From a virus (Duplodnaviria; Caudoviricetes): DNA of 64,000 bases. Numbering within the stretch: position 1 is the stretch's first letter; every line of letters starts with the position of its first letter. This document shows, piece by piece, positions 27,680 through 37,256 of this stretch. The DNA is taken from positions 32,001 through 96,000 of IMG/VR virus record IMGVR_UViG_3300028833_000064, one strand, 5' to 3'. Position numbers and translations under genes: made by a program. A model generated the notes under the pieces. That model was not told where the DNA came from, did not search any database, and saw only the letters and a program-made list of their open reading frames with translations.

Positions 27680-28417
27680 TTATATATATTTTTCAGTTAA
27701 TCTTCTTTCTGTGATATGTCTTTCTCCGGACATAAAATACTCCATTTGGTTTTCGAAAACCATATCTTTTCTGACAAATGTAGTGAGAACTCTATATTCT
27801 TTCTTTCGTGTTCCAAATCCAACTCCATCATCCATACTCCAGAATATAGAGTTCTCATGGTCTGGACACTGATAGTTCACACTGGAAAGTATTCTATTCT
27901 TAGTGAAGAAATTGGTTATCAAACCAAGACGGTTGTCAAACTCACACTGGCCTAACCTTTCCACATATCTGTCGAAAAAATGTGGGGCGATGAACAAGAA
28001 TTTGTCACCTTTATTGTGGAGTGAGCAAACCCACACTCTGTTGTTTCTTCTAAACGTAGAGAATGTGAGGGTTTTCAACCCATTCTTCAAATAGTCCCGC
28101 TTTCCATATGTGGAGATTATCAGATGGTACTCAATACCCGAGTTCTTGCTTGTGAAGTCAACCCTGTTGAAATACCGAAGGTCGTCTCCCGTCATTTTAA
28201 GGCAAGCCTTTCTGTACTTAGAATCCGAAATAACAGAGATAACCTTTCTATGAACATAGTCCATTTCTGAAATAATCAGATTCTTAATTTCATCCAATGT
28301 CATTGTGTCTACATACATGGCTCGGTCGGATTTAAAGTTTGACAATACTTTTAACCGCCTGTGCAAGGTAGTCGTAGTGGAGGAACATGTATGAACTCGG
28401 TTCAACTGGTTCACCAC
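27680..28417 (-). CDS. Hypothetical protein (likely start MYVDTM)
   Basis: PHFFDRYVER motif. Confidence 0.65.
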   Translation of the reverse strand: MVNQLNRVHTCSSTTTTLHRRLKVLSNFKSDRAMYVDTMTLDEIKNLIISEMDYVHRKVISVISDSKYRKACLKMTGDDLRYFNRVDFTSKNSGIEYHLIISTYGKRDYLKNGLKTLTFSTFRRNNRVWVCSLHNKGDKFLFIAPHFFDRYVERLGQCEFDNRLGLITNFFTKNRILSSVNYQCPDHENSIFWSMDDGVGFGTRKKEYRVLTTFVRKDMVFENQMEYFMSGERHITERRLTEKYI

Positions 28418-28820
28418 CGTCGTACTGCATTTCGTAGAACGTCTTGTACCCGTCTTCCGTTTCCTTTATCGAAAAGACCGAGAACACATGGTCATTTAAA
28501 GTTGAAAGACTCTTTGCTTTCCTCAAAGCCTTCTCATAGTCGTCTGTGAGATAAAGGGTGTCCATTAACGATTCGGACAATACACAATAGTCAAAGTTGG
28601 GATTCACATACTCTCTACCCAGTGTCATCATAAACTCGTCATGGTCTGACATTTTGTAGTCGGGTTTGTTGGCGATATTAAGAAGTGCTTCAATACACTG
28701 CTCTGTGGTCATTTCCAAATCGGCGGGAGGGTCAATACTCGTTTCAGGGTTATGGAAAAACCTTACTCCATTTGCTGCCCAAATGATGAGTCTTAGTTCT
28801 TTGTCGTCTATTATTTTCAT
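28332..28820 (-). CDS. Hypothetical protein (first gene after cassette)
   Basis: ATG follows the cassette UTR. Confidence 0.7.
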   Translation of the reverse strand: MKIIDDKELRLIIWAANGVRFFHNPETSIDPPADLEMTTEQCIEALLNIANKPDYKMSDHDEFMMTLGREYVNPNFDYCVLSESLMDTLYLTDDYEKALRKAKSLSTLNDHVFSVFSIKETEDGYKTFYEMQYDGGEPVEPSSYMFLHYDYLAQAVKSIVKL

Positions 28821-28977
28821 TTTGTTTCCTTTTTAATTTCTGATGCAAAGATACGAACTTTTTTTGAATTACAAAACTTTTTTTTCAAAAAAAATTAATT
28901 TTTTTCGTAACTACTTCATTTAGTGAAAGTAAAAAATGAAATTTTTTTACTTAGAATAAAAAAATCCTTTGTAAAAT
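28818..28977 (-). promoter_or_regulatory. Repeated promoter cassette, copy 3
   Basis: About 110 bp near-identical to copy 2; UTR identical to copy 4. Confidence 0.85.
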
Positions 28978-29022
28978 GATAAAAAAGAAACCGGTTTTTC
29001 AAAAAATAGACACCTTTAAAAA

Positions 29023-29061
29023 GAATCAGACAACTCGTCTCGGTAAGAGGGAGTTATCTGA
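29023..29061 (-). terminator. Hairpin terminator
   Basis: AATCAGACAACTC...GAGTTATCTGATT. Confidence 0.5.
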
Positions 29062-29096
29062 TTTTCGAAAAAAAAAGGAAAACAAGTATGTAGACA

Positions 29097-29288
29097 TCAA
29101 CCTACGTTTTCAAGTATGTATTGTATCAATATTTCTTTTGGAATTTGGTCAAGCATTTCCCTTGCTTTCTTTTTGTTTGCTTCGATGCCTTCAATTGGGA
29201 GACGCTGAGCCACGATAGCAGAACCCTCTTCTACAACCTTATGTTCTCTTCTGTATAGAGATACTGCTGCTTTTATCTTGTCGTTCAT
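29097..29288 (-). CDS. Hypothetical protein
   Basis: ATGA overlap. Confidence 0.6.
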   Translation of the reverse strand: MNDKIKAAVSLYRREHKVVEEGSAIVAQRLPIEGIEANKKKAREMLDQIPKEILIQYILENVG

Positions 29289-29836
29289 TTGATTACGTTT
29301 TTTTCGAGTATATCCAAATCAAGGTTTTCGAAAATCTGCATGAATTTTTCAAACTCCGGATTTCTCCAAGCGTTCATGCAGTATGGTCTTGGTTTAGAAT
29401 AGTGGTACCAATTTGTTTTGATGTGTTCTTCGGCCGCTCGTTTAGTCAGGAAGCAACCGGTTTTGTCTGATATTTTTTCATACGCCTCATACTCGTGGGT
29501 ATCGACGATTCTATTGAGGTATTGTCGTGCAAATCCAAGTACATCTTCTTCGAATACTTTATTGATGTGTTTCCATTTGATGCAGATGTCTGCCGGCATG
29601 TCTGACAGGAAATTCTCTTCGATGTATTCGGCATAATCCTCAATCGAGTTGAAAACTCTGATGTCGTGTGTCGAATCTATAATCTTGATACAATCTCCAC
29701 AACCTTCTTCGGTGGGGCGCTCCCCCGATTCCATTATTCCCCAGAATCGGGGGGCGGCCGTACCTTCTGTGCTCTGTTCTCTGAGTTCCTTCTGTAGGGA
29801 TTTCAGAAAGTCAAGCTCTTCTTTTGTCATAATCAA
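29285..29836 (-). CDS. Hypothetical phage protein
   Basis: TAAPRFW..FLTKRAAEEHI..AWRNPE. Confidence 0.7.
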   Translation of the reverse strand: MIMTKEELDFLKSLQKELREQSTEGTAAPRFWGIMESGERPTEEGCGDCIKIIDSTHDIRVFNSIEDYAEYIEENFLSDMPADICIKWKHINKVFEEDVLGFARQYLNRIVDTHEYEAYEKISDKTGCFLTKRAAEEHIKTNWYHYSKPRPYCMNAWRNPEFEKFMQIFENLDLDILEKNVIK

Positions 29837-30939
29837 CCTCCGAAATATGACGACTTGTGAGTTTCTCCTGATGTGGAGGCGGGAATAGATTCCGGGGTTT
29901 TAACCTCGGAGAACTCTATCGTCTCGGGTTGAGTTCCGGCACCGATGGCCTGATGGGTGAAACTGATGTTACCGGTGTCTTCAACTGGTTTGTCAAAAAT
30001 TCCAAACCCATTCTTTTCAAAGTCGGCCATAATCTGATTGGCCTTGTCCAAGTTAATGTCGGAGTTGATTTCGAAATTCATCAGGATGTCGTTACTTCCG
30101 TCGATGAGTCTGTTGATTTCGGCAATTGACTGATTGATGGTATCGTTCACAGTCTTCATGGCGAGTTCCTGTTCCATAGAGGAAGTAAGAATACCATGCA
30201 TGATGGAGTTGATGTTTTTCATCGCCGTGCTCTGTGCCACTGCTTGCTCATACTCCTCCACTCGGAAGTCGTGTTCATTCTGAGCATCCTGCACTTTATA
30301 TCCAACAGCAATTTGGAGTTTCTGCATCACTTTCAGATACTTCTCCGAAGTCTGAATTCTTGCACGCTGATTCTCGATTTGCTTCTTGCCTCGGACAATT
30401 TCGTTAGAGACTAATTGAAGCTGAGCCATGAGTTTGGTTCTCTCACTCTGGTCGGTAGTACTCCTGAGTTTGTTTTCGATTGCTGTTTTTTTACGGACGT
30501 TGTTTTCGAAATTCTCTTCGTACTCTTTCAACTTCCGTTTCATTCTTACAAGGATGCTGCCGAGATTCGTCACATTCTTATCTATGATTTGAAGTTTTTC
30601 CTTCATCTCACGGATACCGTTTTCAAGGATGGCGATGGGGTCGATATTGACCACAAGTCCATATACTTTCCTCATAATCTGTAACCACAACAGACTGATA
30701 AGTCTTCGAGTCTTCTTGTTGGTCACGATATAGACGATGGCGGCGATGGCGGCAAGTTCGGCGACGAAAAGAAGCAGGTTTGCTGTTGCTGCAATGAGGA
30801 ACGGGAGTGCAAACTTGAAAAATGCATATCCGATTCCGAGCATTGCCAGTATACCGGTCAGTTTAGCGAACCCACCACCGGGTCTTTTCCACAATTCCTT
30901 GAATTTGTCTTTGGGTTGAAGGGCTACACTGTTGTCCAT
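29833..30939 (-). CDS. Membrane-anchored PspA/IM30 (ESCRT-III)-like coiled-coil protein
   Basis: N-terminal TMs, then IDPIAILENGIREMKEKL (PspA DPxxxLEQxIREM-like) and a long coiled coil. Confidence 0.55.
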   Translation of the reverse strand: MDNSVALQPKDKFKELWKRPGGGFAKLTGILAMLGIGYAFFKFALPFLIAATANLLLFVAELAAIAAIVYIVTNKKTRRLISLLWLQIMRKVYGLVVNIDPIAILENGIREMKEKLQIIDKNVTNLGSILVRMKRKLKEYEENFENNVRKKTAIENKLRSTTDQSERTKLMAQLQLVSNEIVRGKKQIENQRARIQTSEKYLKVMQKLQIAVGYKVQDAQNEHDFRVEEYEQAVAQSTAMKNINSIMHGILTSSMEQELAMKTVNDTINQSIAEINRLIDGSNDILMNFEINSDINLDKANQIMADFEKNGFGIFDKPVEDTGNISFTHQAIGAGTQPETIEFSEVKTPESIPASTSGETHKSSYFGG

Positions 30940-30957
30940 ATTTTTCCTTTCTTGTGT

Positions 30958-31641
30958 TTAAATTGTTAATGATTCGATTTTCTGACGGTCAGTGTTCAGA
31001 ACATCCAGCACAGACTGGATGGAGGCGTTGAACGTCATTCGGTTGTTGTTGATTTCAACCTTTGCTGCTTGCATTGCCATGTTCTTCTGACCGATTTCAT
31101 CCATGAGGGCATCATATTCTGCCTTCATCTGCTGGGCATGGGTTTGCATCTCTGCTATCTCTGCCTCCACACTGGAAACTCTTTCGTGCTCCAATTTGTC
31201 CAACTCACCGAGTCCTGTCTGTTTCTCGGTCTCCACCACACCAAGGTAGAAGTCGATTGCCTGTAGGATGGCGGTCTTGTCGAAGTTCGGGTATTGTCCT
31301 TTCAACACATTGAAGGCTGCCGAAATCTTCTGCTCCAATGTGATTGGGAGACTGTCCAAACTTTGCAGGGTCGTCTTGAGTTCGAGATAGTCGGGACCCG
31401 GCCGGTTCTGGGCGATGATTGCATTCCAAATTCTGTCGATGATGTTTTTGTCTGCCACTGCTGTCGGGGCGGCCCCAGTCTGCTCGATGGTCGCTGTCGG
31501 GGCGAAACTTGTCGAAATTGAACCCATTGAACTCACCGGAATCTGAGCACTTACATTTGTGTTGTCTTGGACAACCTCTTTCGATACTGGTGGGTCTTCC
31601 TTGATGAGAGCTCTTTTGATTGCTTTTCCTATTGATGCCAT
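30958..31641 (-). CDS. Coiled-coil protein, putative partner of the PspA-like gene
   Basis: Disordered N-terminus, PGPDYLEL motif, C-terminal coiled coil. Confidence 0.7.
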   Translation of the reverse strand: MASIGKAIKRALIKEDPPVSKEVVQDNTNVSAQIPVSSMGSISTSFAPTATIEQTGAAPTAVADKNIIDRIWNAIIAQNRPGPDYLELKTTLQSLDSLPITLEQKISAAFNVLKGQYPNFDKTAILQAIDFYLGVVETEKQTGLGELDKLEHERVSSVEAEIAEMQTHAQQMKAEYDALMDEIGQKNMAMQAAKVEINNNRMTFNASIQSVLDVLNTDRQKIESLTI

Positions 31642-31679
31642 TTTATTTCTTTTTAATCGTTAGACAATTGTGTTGATTG

Positions 31680-32342
31680 TTAGAAAGCGAGGCGGGCGAC
31701 CAACCAGGGCTGGAAGTTCCAACTACCTTTTCCGTGAATGGAGAGTTTGGCAGGATTGTCGGTCACGTTGAAGAGCATGAGATTCACACCAACATGTACC
31801 ATAGGGGTAATCTTGTAATACACCTTCTGCTCGGTACAGAGATTGAATGTGTTCGGACCCCACGTGTCGAGATAACCCTCGTAGTAGATGTGGTCGAAGT
31901 CGGCGCTGCTATTGATGGAAAACTGCCAATTGTGGCCGCTGCCAAAGTCGTATCGGTACATAGGGGTGAGACTGAAACAGAAGTTACCCAGCAAGAGTTC
32001 GTATGCAAAACCGGCGTTAATCATATTATGGTCGGGCCAGTACATGGCGGTGGGAACCTTGAAGTCTGGAAAATCTGATGTCCGGAATCGGGTCTCCAAG
32101 TGTCCGAGGAAGTGGGAACCGGCGATTCGGTACTCTCCGTAGAGGATGCCGTAACCCACGGCCTGGTTGTTGGTCACTGTGAACTCATTGTACGAATACA
32201 CGTTGAAGTTGCTGTCTGACTTGAAAAAGTCGGCGACGAATTTCTGATTCCCGTCATAGGACTGATGCCACTGAATACTCTGGGCGTTTGCTGCTGTTGC
32301 CATCACAAAGACGGCGATGATTGTGAAAAGAACTTTCTTCAT
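31680..32342 (-). CDS. Outer-membrane beta-barrel (DUF5020/Tsx-like channel?)
   Basis: Signal peptide ANA-Q, aromatic alternating strands, C-terminal Phe (ARLAF). Confidence 0.65.
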   Translation of the reverse strand: MKKVLFTIIAVFVMATAANAQSIQWHQSYDGNQKFVADFFKSDSNFNVYSYNEFTVTNNQAVGYGILYGEYRIAGSHFLGHLETRFRTSDFPDFKVPTAMYWPDHNMINAGFAYELLLGNFCFSLTPMYRYDFGSGHNWQFSINSSADFDHIYYEGYLDTWGPNTFNLCTEQKVYYKITPMVHVGVNLMLFNVTDNPAKLSIHGKGSWNFQPWLVARLAF

Positions 32343-32386
32343 TTTTTTGTGTTTTTTGATGTTTGTTATTTTATTTTTTTCGAAAA

Positions 32387-32716
32387 TTATCCGATGTTAT
32401 CGACTTCGATTTCTTCTTCCCTAACGAAAGTCACACTTTGACTCTTCACCCAGAGGGGGGCGTCTACATCCTGTTGCAGATGATGTCCGTCCCATTGAAG
32501 ACAGTTGTCGAAAGGAAGACCAGGAAGATGGTTGTCAAGCGGGATGATGCAGGGTGTACCTTGTACGATGATGAGTTGACCCTCTATCCATTCGTTGTTC
32601 CAACGTTGTGCCTTGAATATTTGAACCTTTATTTTCATTTGTCTTTCCTTTCGTTTAAAAGATACTATTATTTTTCGAAAGATTAGAATTTTTTTTTTTC
32701 TCATTGAAGTCCCCAT
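32387..32716 (-). CDS. YopX-N-like hypothetical protein (likely start MKIKVQ)
   Basis: FKAQR..NEWIEGQL. Confidence 0.55.
   Translation of the reverse strand: MGTSMRKKKILIFRKIIVSFKRKERQMKIKVQIFKAQRWNNEWIEGQLIIVQGTPCIIPLDNHLPGLPFDNCLQWDGHHLQQDVDAPLWVKSQSVTFVREEEIEVDNIG
32658..32669 (-). promoter_or_regulatory. Class II promoter-like motif
   Basis: AATAGTATCTTT heading the OMP/PspA operon. Confidence 0.65.
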
Positions 32717-32733
32717 CGTGAGACGGGGACTTC
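32706..32733 (-). terminator. Rho-independent terminator
   Basis: GAAGTCCCC-ATCGTGAGAC-GGGGACTTC. Confidence 0.7.
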
Positions 32734-32745
32734 AGTATAGAGATA

Positions 32746-33555
32746 TTATTTACATCTACGGCACTTGGTGGTGAGTTCACCGGAACACATCAAGAAGTAG
32801 TTATCCCAAGCTTTTACTGCCGGACTGTTAGCGGTACTGGGACCACTCTTGTGTTTGGCGATGGCCTTCAACCACTTGTCCATAGGATGGTTATCACGGT
32901 ATTTGTACCACGACTTGGCCATTGCCTCAAGGTTGGCTCTGGTGGGCATCCAACCGATGGTCTTGAGGATGAGTTTGAGTTCGTCATGTACTTGGTCGGC
33001 CAGAGGAACATCATTTATGGGGAAGACGTATTGTTTGTTTTTCAACTGATTTTCTTTACGTCCTTTTCCGAGAAGGGCTGCACCGGCACGATACCTAGGT
33101 ACGTTGTTTTCGTCGTGCAGCAGTTCATGTTCCAAGCAGAACGTCTGAAGCATTCTATAGTTCTCGTTACCAGCTGTGATGTTTGAAATCACAAAGTCTT
33201 CAGTTGTCCAACCAGTTCTGTCTTTGTTGATGGTTTGGATGTACTCCACTTCTTGTTCGGCTGGAATCTTCACGAAGCGTACTGGTACGGTCGTATCGGA
33301 TGGTAGACCACCGTCGTTGACCTTTGTTATGAAACCAACCTTTCGTCCTGCACCATCGGTGATGTTGTTGGTCATAAGATTGACTTCGATGGGCTGGACC
33401 TGTGCCCAGACTTTGTTCTCGGCGTCATATATCTTCTTGATAATACTCCTCACCCTTGCAGGCTTGACCTGACGATTTTGGGGGTTAAAATTGAATTGGT
33501 TCAATTCTTCGGCTGTGCAACGAGCGTCACCACAATATTCAACTTGGATATTCAT
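32746..33555 (-). CDS. ParB/Srx-like N-terminal domain protein
   Basis: NPQNR.V..RV..I, PIEVN, ITDGAGR, IN..RTGW. Confidence 0.6.
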   Translation of the reverse strand: MNIQVEYCGDARCTAEELNQFNFNPQNRQVKPARVRSIIKKIYDAENKVWAQVQPIEVNLMTNNITDGAGRKVGFITKVNDGGLPSDTTVPVRFVKIPAEQEVEYIQTINKDRTGWTTEDFVISNITAGNENYRMLQTFCLEHELLHDENNVPRYRAGAALLGKGRKENQLKNKQYVFPINDVPLADQVHDELKLILKTIGWMPTRANLEAMAKSWYKYRDNHPMDKWLKAIAKHKSGPSTANSPAVKAWDNYFLMCSGELTTKCRRCK

Positions 33556-33592
33556 AGGTTCAATTTTTTATTTGTTTTTTTACTTATGTTTA

Positions 33593-33604
33593 AAAGATAC
33601 TATT
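33593..33604 (-). promoter_or_regulatory. Class II promoter-like motif
   Basis: AATAGTATCTTT. Confidence 0.65.
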
Positions 33605-33658
33605 TTATTTTTATTTTATTTGAAAATCTTATTTTTTTTTTTGTAAGAATTTTCGAAA

Positions 33659-34063
33659 TTAGTCGATTTTCCCAACCTCAGTCAGAAGTATCTCTGGGTT
33701 CTCATAGGATACTGTGCCTCCCCAGTAGTCAAGTTCCTTCATTTCCATATTGTCGATGTCGAGTTCCACGACACTCAGACGGAATGAGATTGCTTTACGG
33801 CCAGCACCAAATTCACCGATTCTATAAATTTCGAATGGGGGATATTTTTTCCCATCACTCAACAATGCCGGTTTCTCATTGATGATACTCTTGATAATTT
33901 CGACAGCATCCTTTCTTGATTCTATAATATGGGCATCGGCTAATTTTGCCGTATTCCACCACCCGTAGGTAAATGAAAGGAATCCCGTTTCGGTCTCATT
34001 GTTAGCCTTATCATAGACATATACTCTGATGAAGTAAGACTTCTTTGCTCTCTTGTTTCTCAT
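33659..34063 (-). CDS. Hypothetical protein
   Basis: Tiling. Confidence 0.65.
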   Translation of the reverse strand: MRNKRAKKSYFIRVYVYDKANNETETGFLSFTYGWWNTAKLADAHIIESRKDAVEIIKSIINEKPALLSDGKKYPPFEIYRIGEFGAGRKAISFRLSVVELDIDNMEMKELDYWGGTVSYENPEILLTEVGKID

Positions 34064-34096
34064 GGTTGTTAGTTTTTGTTGTTTCCTTTCTATGTT

Positions 34097-34273
34097 TTAC
34101 ATTAAGTCTTCGTTTGCTTTGACGAGTTCGTTGATGATTTCTTCTTTGGTCTCGAATCCCTCATACCAATATCTTGGTTTGAATGGGAATTCTTCACGAA
34201 GAATGTCCATAAGGTATTCGATGCTATGCTCGTTGAGTTCGTCTCTCAGTGTTTGTTCCTTTATGTTTTCCAT
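34097..34273 (-). CDS. 58-aa acidic protein (first gene after cassette)
   Basis: Own translation MENIKEQTLRDELNEHSIEYLMDILREEF... Confidence 0.65.
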   Translation of the reverse strand: MENIKEQTLRDELNEHSIEYLMDILREEFPFKPRYWYEGFETKEEIINELVKANEDLM

Positions 34274-34453
34274 TTTGTTTCCTTTTTAATTTCTGATGCA
34301 AAGATACGAACTTTTTTTGAATTACCAAACTTTTTTTTCAAAAAAATTTTATTTTTTTCGTAACTACTTCATTTAGTGAAACTAAAAAATGAAAATTTTT
34401 TTATTGTTTATAGAAAATCCCTTGTAAAATTGGTTTTTCACAAGGGATTTTTT
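34271..34453 (-). promoter_or_regulatory. Repeated promoter cassette, copy 4 with terminator hairpin
   Basis: TTTG/TATCTTTG plus AAAATCCCTTGT...ACAAGGGATTTT. Confidence 0.85.
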
Positions 34454-34494
34454 TGATTTTTGTTGGTTTTTTTGTTTTCGAAAATTTTGATTGT

Positions 34495-34938
34495 TTATTC
34501 ACCCCACGGACTCTCACACCAGTCATCGTCGTGCCACTCCTGTTCCTTGATGGTGAGCATGTCGGTCATGGGGTCGATGTGTCTTCTCCAACCCATTCTG
34601 TCGATATAGTAACCGTCACCCAAGACCTCCAAACAACCGTCGGGATAATTGGGCTGAGGTGATTTCAAACCTTCTGAGACGTTTCCGTTGACGTATCCTT
34701 TGGTGAATCCACGTTCAAGTCTTTCGGGGTGTGCTTGATTGTAGTCGTGGTAGTAACCCTTACGATGACGGTCTTTCTTCTTGGATTTCTTCTTGGACTT
34801 GGGTTTTTCGAAAGTTTCTGAAGTTCCTTTCTGTTCCTCCCATCTTTTCTTCCAATACTCGTGACGGTCGGGAGTGGTGGAGGACTCTTTCTGTTCCCTC
34901 CACCTCTTTGCCCAATATTCGTGTCTGTCGGTTGCCAT
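34495..34938 (-). CDS. Basic protein with duplicated DRHEYWxKRWxEQK motif
   Basis: Internal repeat. Confidence 0.7.
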   Translation of the reverse strand: MATDRHEYWAKRWREQKESSTTPDRHEYWKKRWEEQKGTSETFEKPKSKKKSKKKDRHRKGYYHDYNQAHPERLERGFTKGYVNGNVSEGLKSPQPNYPDGCLEVLGDGYYIDRMGWRRHIDPMTDMLTIKEQEWHDDDWCESPWGE

Positions 34939-34942
34939 AGTC

Positions 34943-35329
34943 TTAATTATTGTATATTGTTAGTGAGTTACTTTCTTTACTAGGTCTGAATGGGACACAC
35001 TCTTCAAGATAGGTTGTTCTTACCACTGTCGTGTAACGGACCACATAGGTGAAAATTGTGTTGACACCACATATTTTGAGAGCCATCTTTCTTGCTGCTT
35101 CGACACTCTTGTACTTCTTTGCAAGTCTTAATTCACTCGTATAGTTTGGTACAACCTTTGATGATTCCGTCCAGAAGTATTCTTCTCCGTCTTTCTTCAA
35201 CTTGATGACGTAGAACTCTTTTGTGACTTTGGTCACGTCTTCATCTTCTCTGTGTGCTTCCATAACTTTATTTTCTTTTCTTTGATTGTTGTTCGTAAAG
35301 TTCTTCTCTGATGATTGATGTGATGGCAA
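34943..35329 (-). CDS. Hypothetical protein (likely start MEAHRE)
   Basis: Tiling. Confidence 0.6.
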   Translation of the reverse strand: MPSHQSSEKNFTNNNQRKENKVMEAHREDEDVTKVTKEFYVIKLKKDGEEYFWTESSKVVPNYTSELRLAKKYKSVEAARKMALKICGVNTIFTYVVRYTTVVRTTYLEECVPFRPSKESNSLTIYNN

Positions 35330-35468
35330 ATATCACCATACTCACAAGTCCGACAATCCTTTCTGTTTTGGTTAGTCCGGCACCGAGTAGTCCAGACATA
35401 CCGACACTGAATGATATGATGATTATCCAAGTCAAGATTGCTTCCCTCTTATCTGCAAACACTTTCAT
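35268..35468 (-). CDS. Small 2-TM protein
   Basis: Hydrophobic. Confidence 0.6.
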   Translation of the reverse strand: MKVFADKREAILTWIIIISFSVGMSGLLGAGLTKTERIVGLVSMVIFAITSIIREELYEQQSKKRK

Positions 35469-35472
35469 CGTT

Positions 35473-35892
35473 TTAGTTCATTACGTTTCCAATGATGACA
35501 ACTTTGTCATAGTTTTCGAAAAGAAATTCGTCCAAGGTGTCGAATCTGCTGCCGACAAACCAACCACCCGGTTCCTCGTAGAAGACATTTCCATATTCTG
35601 TTATGTTTCCGTCATTCTGAAGTAGTCCGAGAGTATCTCCCTCGTAGATTTTATGTCCGGAACAAACCTCTCCGTTGTCGTCTTTGGTGTTGGCGTGATA
35701 ATCGGTGGCATACTCCAATGTATGGATATCGATTTCTTCAATCGAGATTGAACGTCCCTCCGAATCATACTCAGAGCATTGGTCGATACCGTATTTTTGC
35801 TCCTCACCCTTCGGAGTCCACAGTTCGATGAGATATCCGTAAAACCATTGATTGGTTCTAATACTCTTTGCTCTGCAAGTCTGGATTTTCAT
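35473..35892 (-). CDS. YopX family protein
   Basis: RAK..W.YG.L, IYEGD, VIIGN. Confidence 0.75.
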   Translation of the reverse strand: MKIQTCRAKSIRTNQWFYGYLIELWTPKGEEQKYGIDQCSEYDSEGRSISIEEIDIHTLEYATDYHANTKDDNGEVCSGHKIYEGDTLGLLQNDGNITEYGNVFYEEPGGWFVGSRFDTLDEFLFENYDKVVIIGNVMN

Positions 35893-35907
35893 AGGAAGGA
35901 ATCTTTT

Positions 35908-36156
35908 TTATTGTTTCACATAGATGATAACCCTGTCGTCCTCAAATTCTGCATCACACATCATCGCCCAGGCACGATATTCATTGTCCCATTGTTTCAT
36001 TTCGGCGGGGGTTGCATCGCCTTGCACATACCCATCTGCTTCCATACATTCGATGATGTTATTGATGGCGTTTTCCTCGTTTCCTTCTGTTGTGAGTCCA
36101 ACGGGTATTTCTGTGGTCTCACCAAGAGTTCTTTTAAAGATTTCAAGTTGTTTCAT
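35908..36156 (-). CDS. Hypothetical acidic protein
   Basis: Tiling. Confidence 0.65.
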   Translation of the reverse strand: MKQLEIFKRTLGETTEIPVGLTTEGNEENAINNIIECMEADGYVQGDATPAEMKQWDNEYRAWAMMCDAEFEDDRVIIYVKQ

Positions 36157-36183
36157 TTTCGAAAATTTTTATGTGTTAGTAAC

Positions 36184-37059
36184 TTATTTGTTTGCTGCTG
36201 CACTACGGAGTTTCTCCATAGCTGAATTGTACAGTCTATTCACCGTGTAGATAGTTATTTTGAGCTCTTCGGCAATATCCTTGTCGTTCTTCTCATATTC
36301 CTCACCAATGCCGAATTTCATACATACAATCTTTCTCTCACGAGAAGTGAGTACCGAAAGATAAAGTTGAATCTCTTTATTCTTGTCTTCCTCGACAAGA
36401 TTTTTGTCTGCTCTGTCACCACCGTCGATTGTGTCGGCAAGGGTGGATTCGTTGGTGTTGTTGTTCCCATCAAAACTGATGGGGGTGCTCATCGAGAGGA
36501 TATTTGTTTCAGTTGCAAAGACGGTTGCAACCATCTCTGGAGTAAGACCTGCCATTTTGGCGATGTCTTCGGTTGAGAGTCCGAAAGTGTCTCCGTTGAG
36601 TTTGTCGATGACCTTCCTCACCTTTTGGGCGGCGATGGTCACGTCGTGGCTCCTACGAACCAAGTGACCCTCTGTCTCGATGGCGTCGACGATGGCTTTA
36701 CGGATGTACCACACAGCGTAGGTGTTGAAACGGTTCTGCTTGTAGTAGTCTTCGTGAGCCACGTATGCACGGGCGGCTTCAAGAAGACCCATGTTCCCAT
36801 TCTGGATAAGGTCGTCCAGTTCGAGACCGAGGTGCATGAAGTGGCGTGCTGACTTCACAACCAAAAGGAGATTGTGATTGACAAAGTTGTCGAAACTATT
36901 CTTGCTTTTCCTGGCGAGTTCGACTGCCTCAATCTCTTCTTCACGAGTGAAGGCGGGATACTTACGTATAACGCTAATATATGTGTTATATATGTCACCC
37001 ATCTGCTCGAATGATGAGGCGTTGTTAAGATGTCCGTTATTCAAATTAACTCTTTTCAT
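36184..37059 (-). CDS. Phage RNA polymerase sigma-70 family factor
   Basis: NLLLVVKSA, DLIQNGNMGL, RFNTYAVWYIR, region 4 LTSRER..DIAEEL. Confidence 0.9.
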   Translation of the reverse strand: MKRVNLNNGHLNNASSFEQMGDIYNTYISVIRKYPAFTREEEIEAVELARKSKNSFDNFVNHNLLLVVKSARHFMHLGLELDDLIQNGNMGLLEAARAYVAHEDYYKQNRFNTYAVWYIRKAIVDAIETEGHLVRRSHDVTIAAQKVRKVIDKLNGDTFGLSTEDIAKMAGLTPEMVATVFATETNILSMSTPISFDGNNNTNESTLADTIDGGDRADKNLVEEDKNKEIQLYLSVLTSRERKIVCMKFGIGEEYEKNDKDIAEELKITIYTVNRLYNSAMEKLRSAAANK

Positions 37060-37085
37060 TTTTTTAAGATTTTAAAAGTTCAACT

Positions 37086-37247
37086 TTATATTATTTCACA
37101 TTCTACATCAATGATGGTCTCGGGGTCGTAGGGAAGTTTTTCACCCGGCATATAGATGGTGTATATTGTCTGGGCTTCAAGTTTCTTTCCCTCTCCTTTG
37201 AGAGCGGCCTTGATGATGATTCCGATGATTCTTAATAAAGTTTTCAT
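37086..37247 (-). CDS. 53-aa protein (first gene after cassette)
   Basis: Own translation MKTLLRIIGIIIKAALKGEG... Confidence 0.6.
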   Translation of the reverse strand: MKTLLRIIGIIIKAALKGEGKKLEAQTIYTIYMPGEKLPYDPETIIDVECEII

Positions 37248-37256
37248 GTTTTTATC

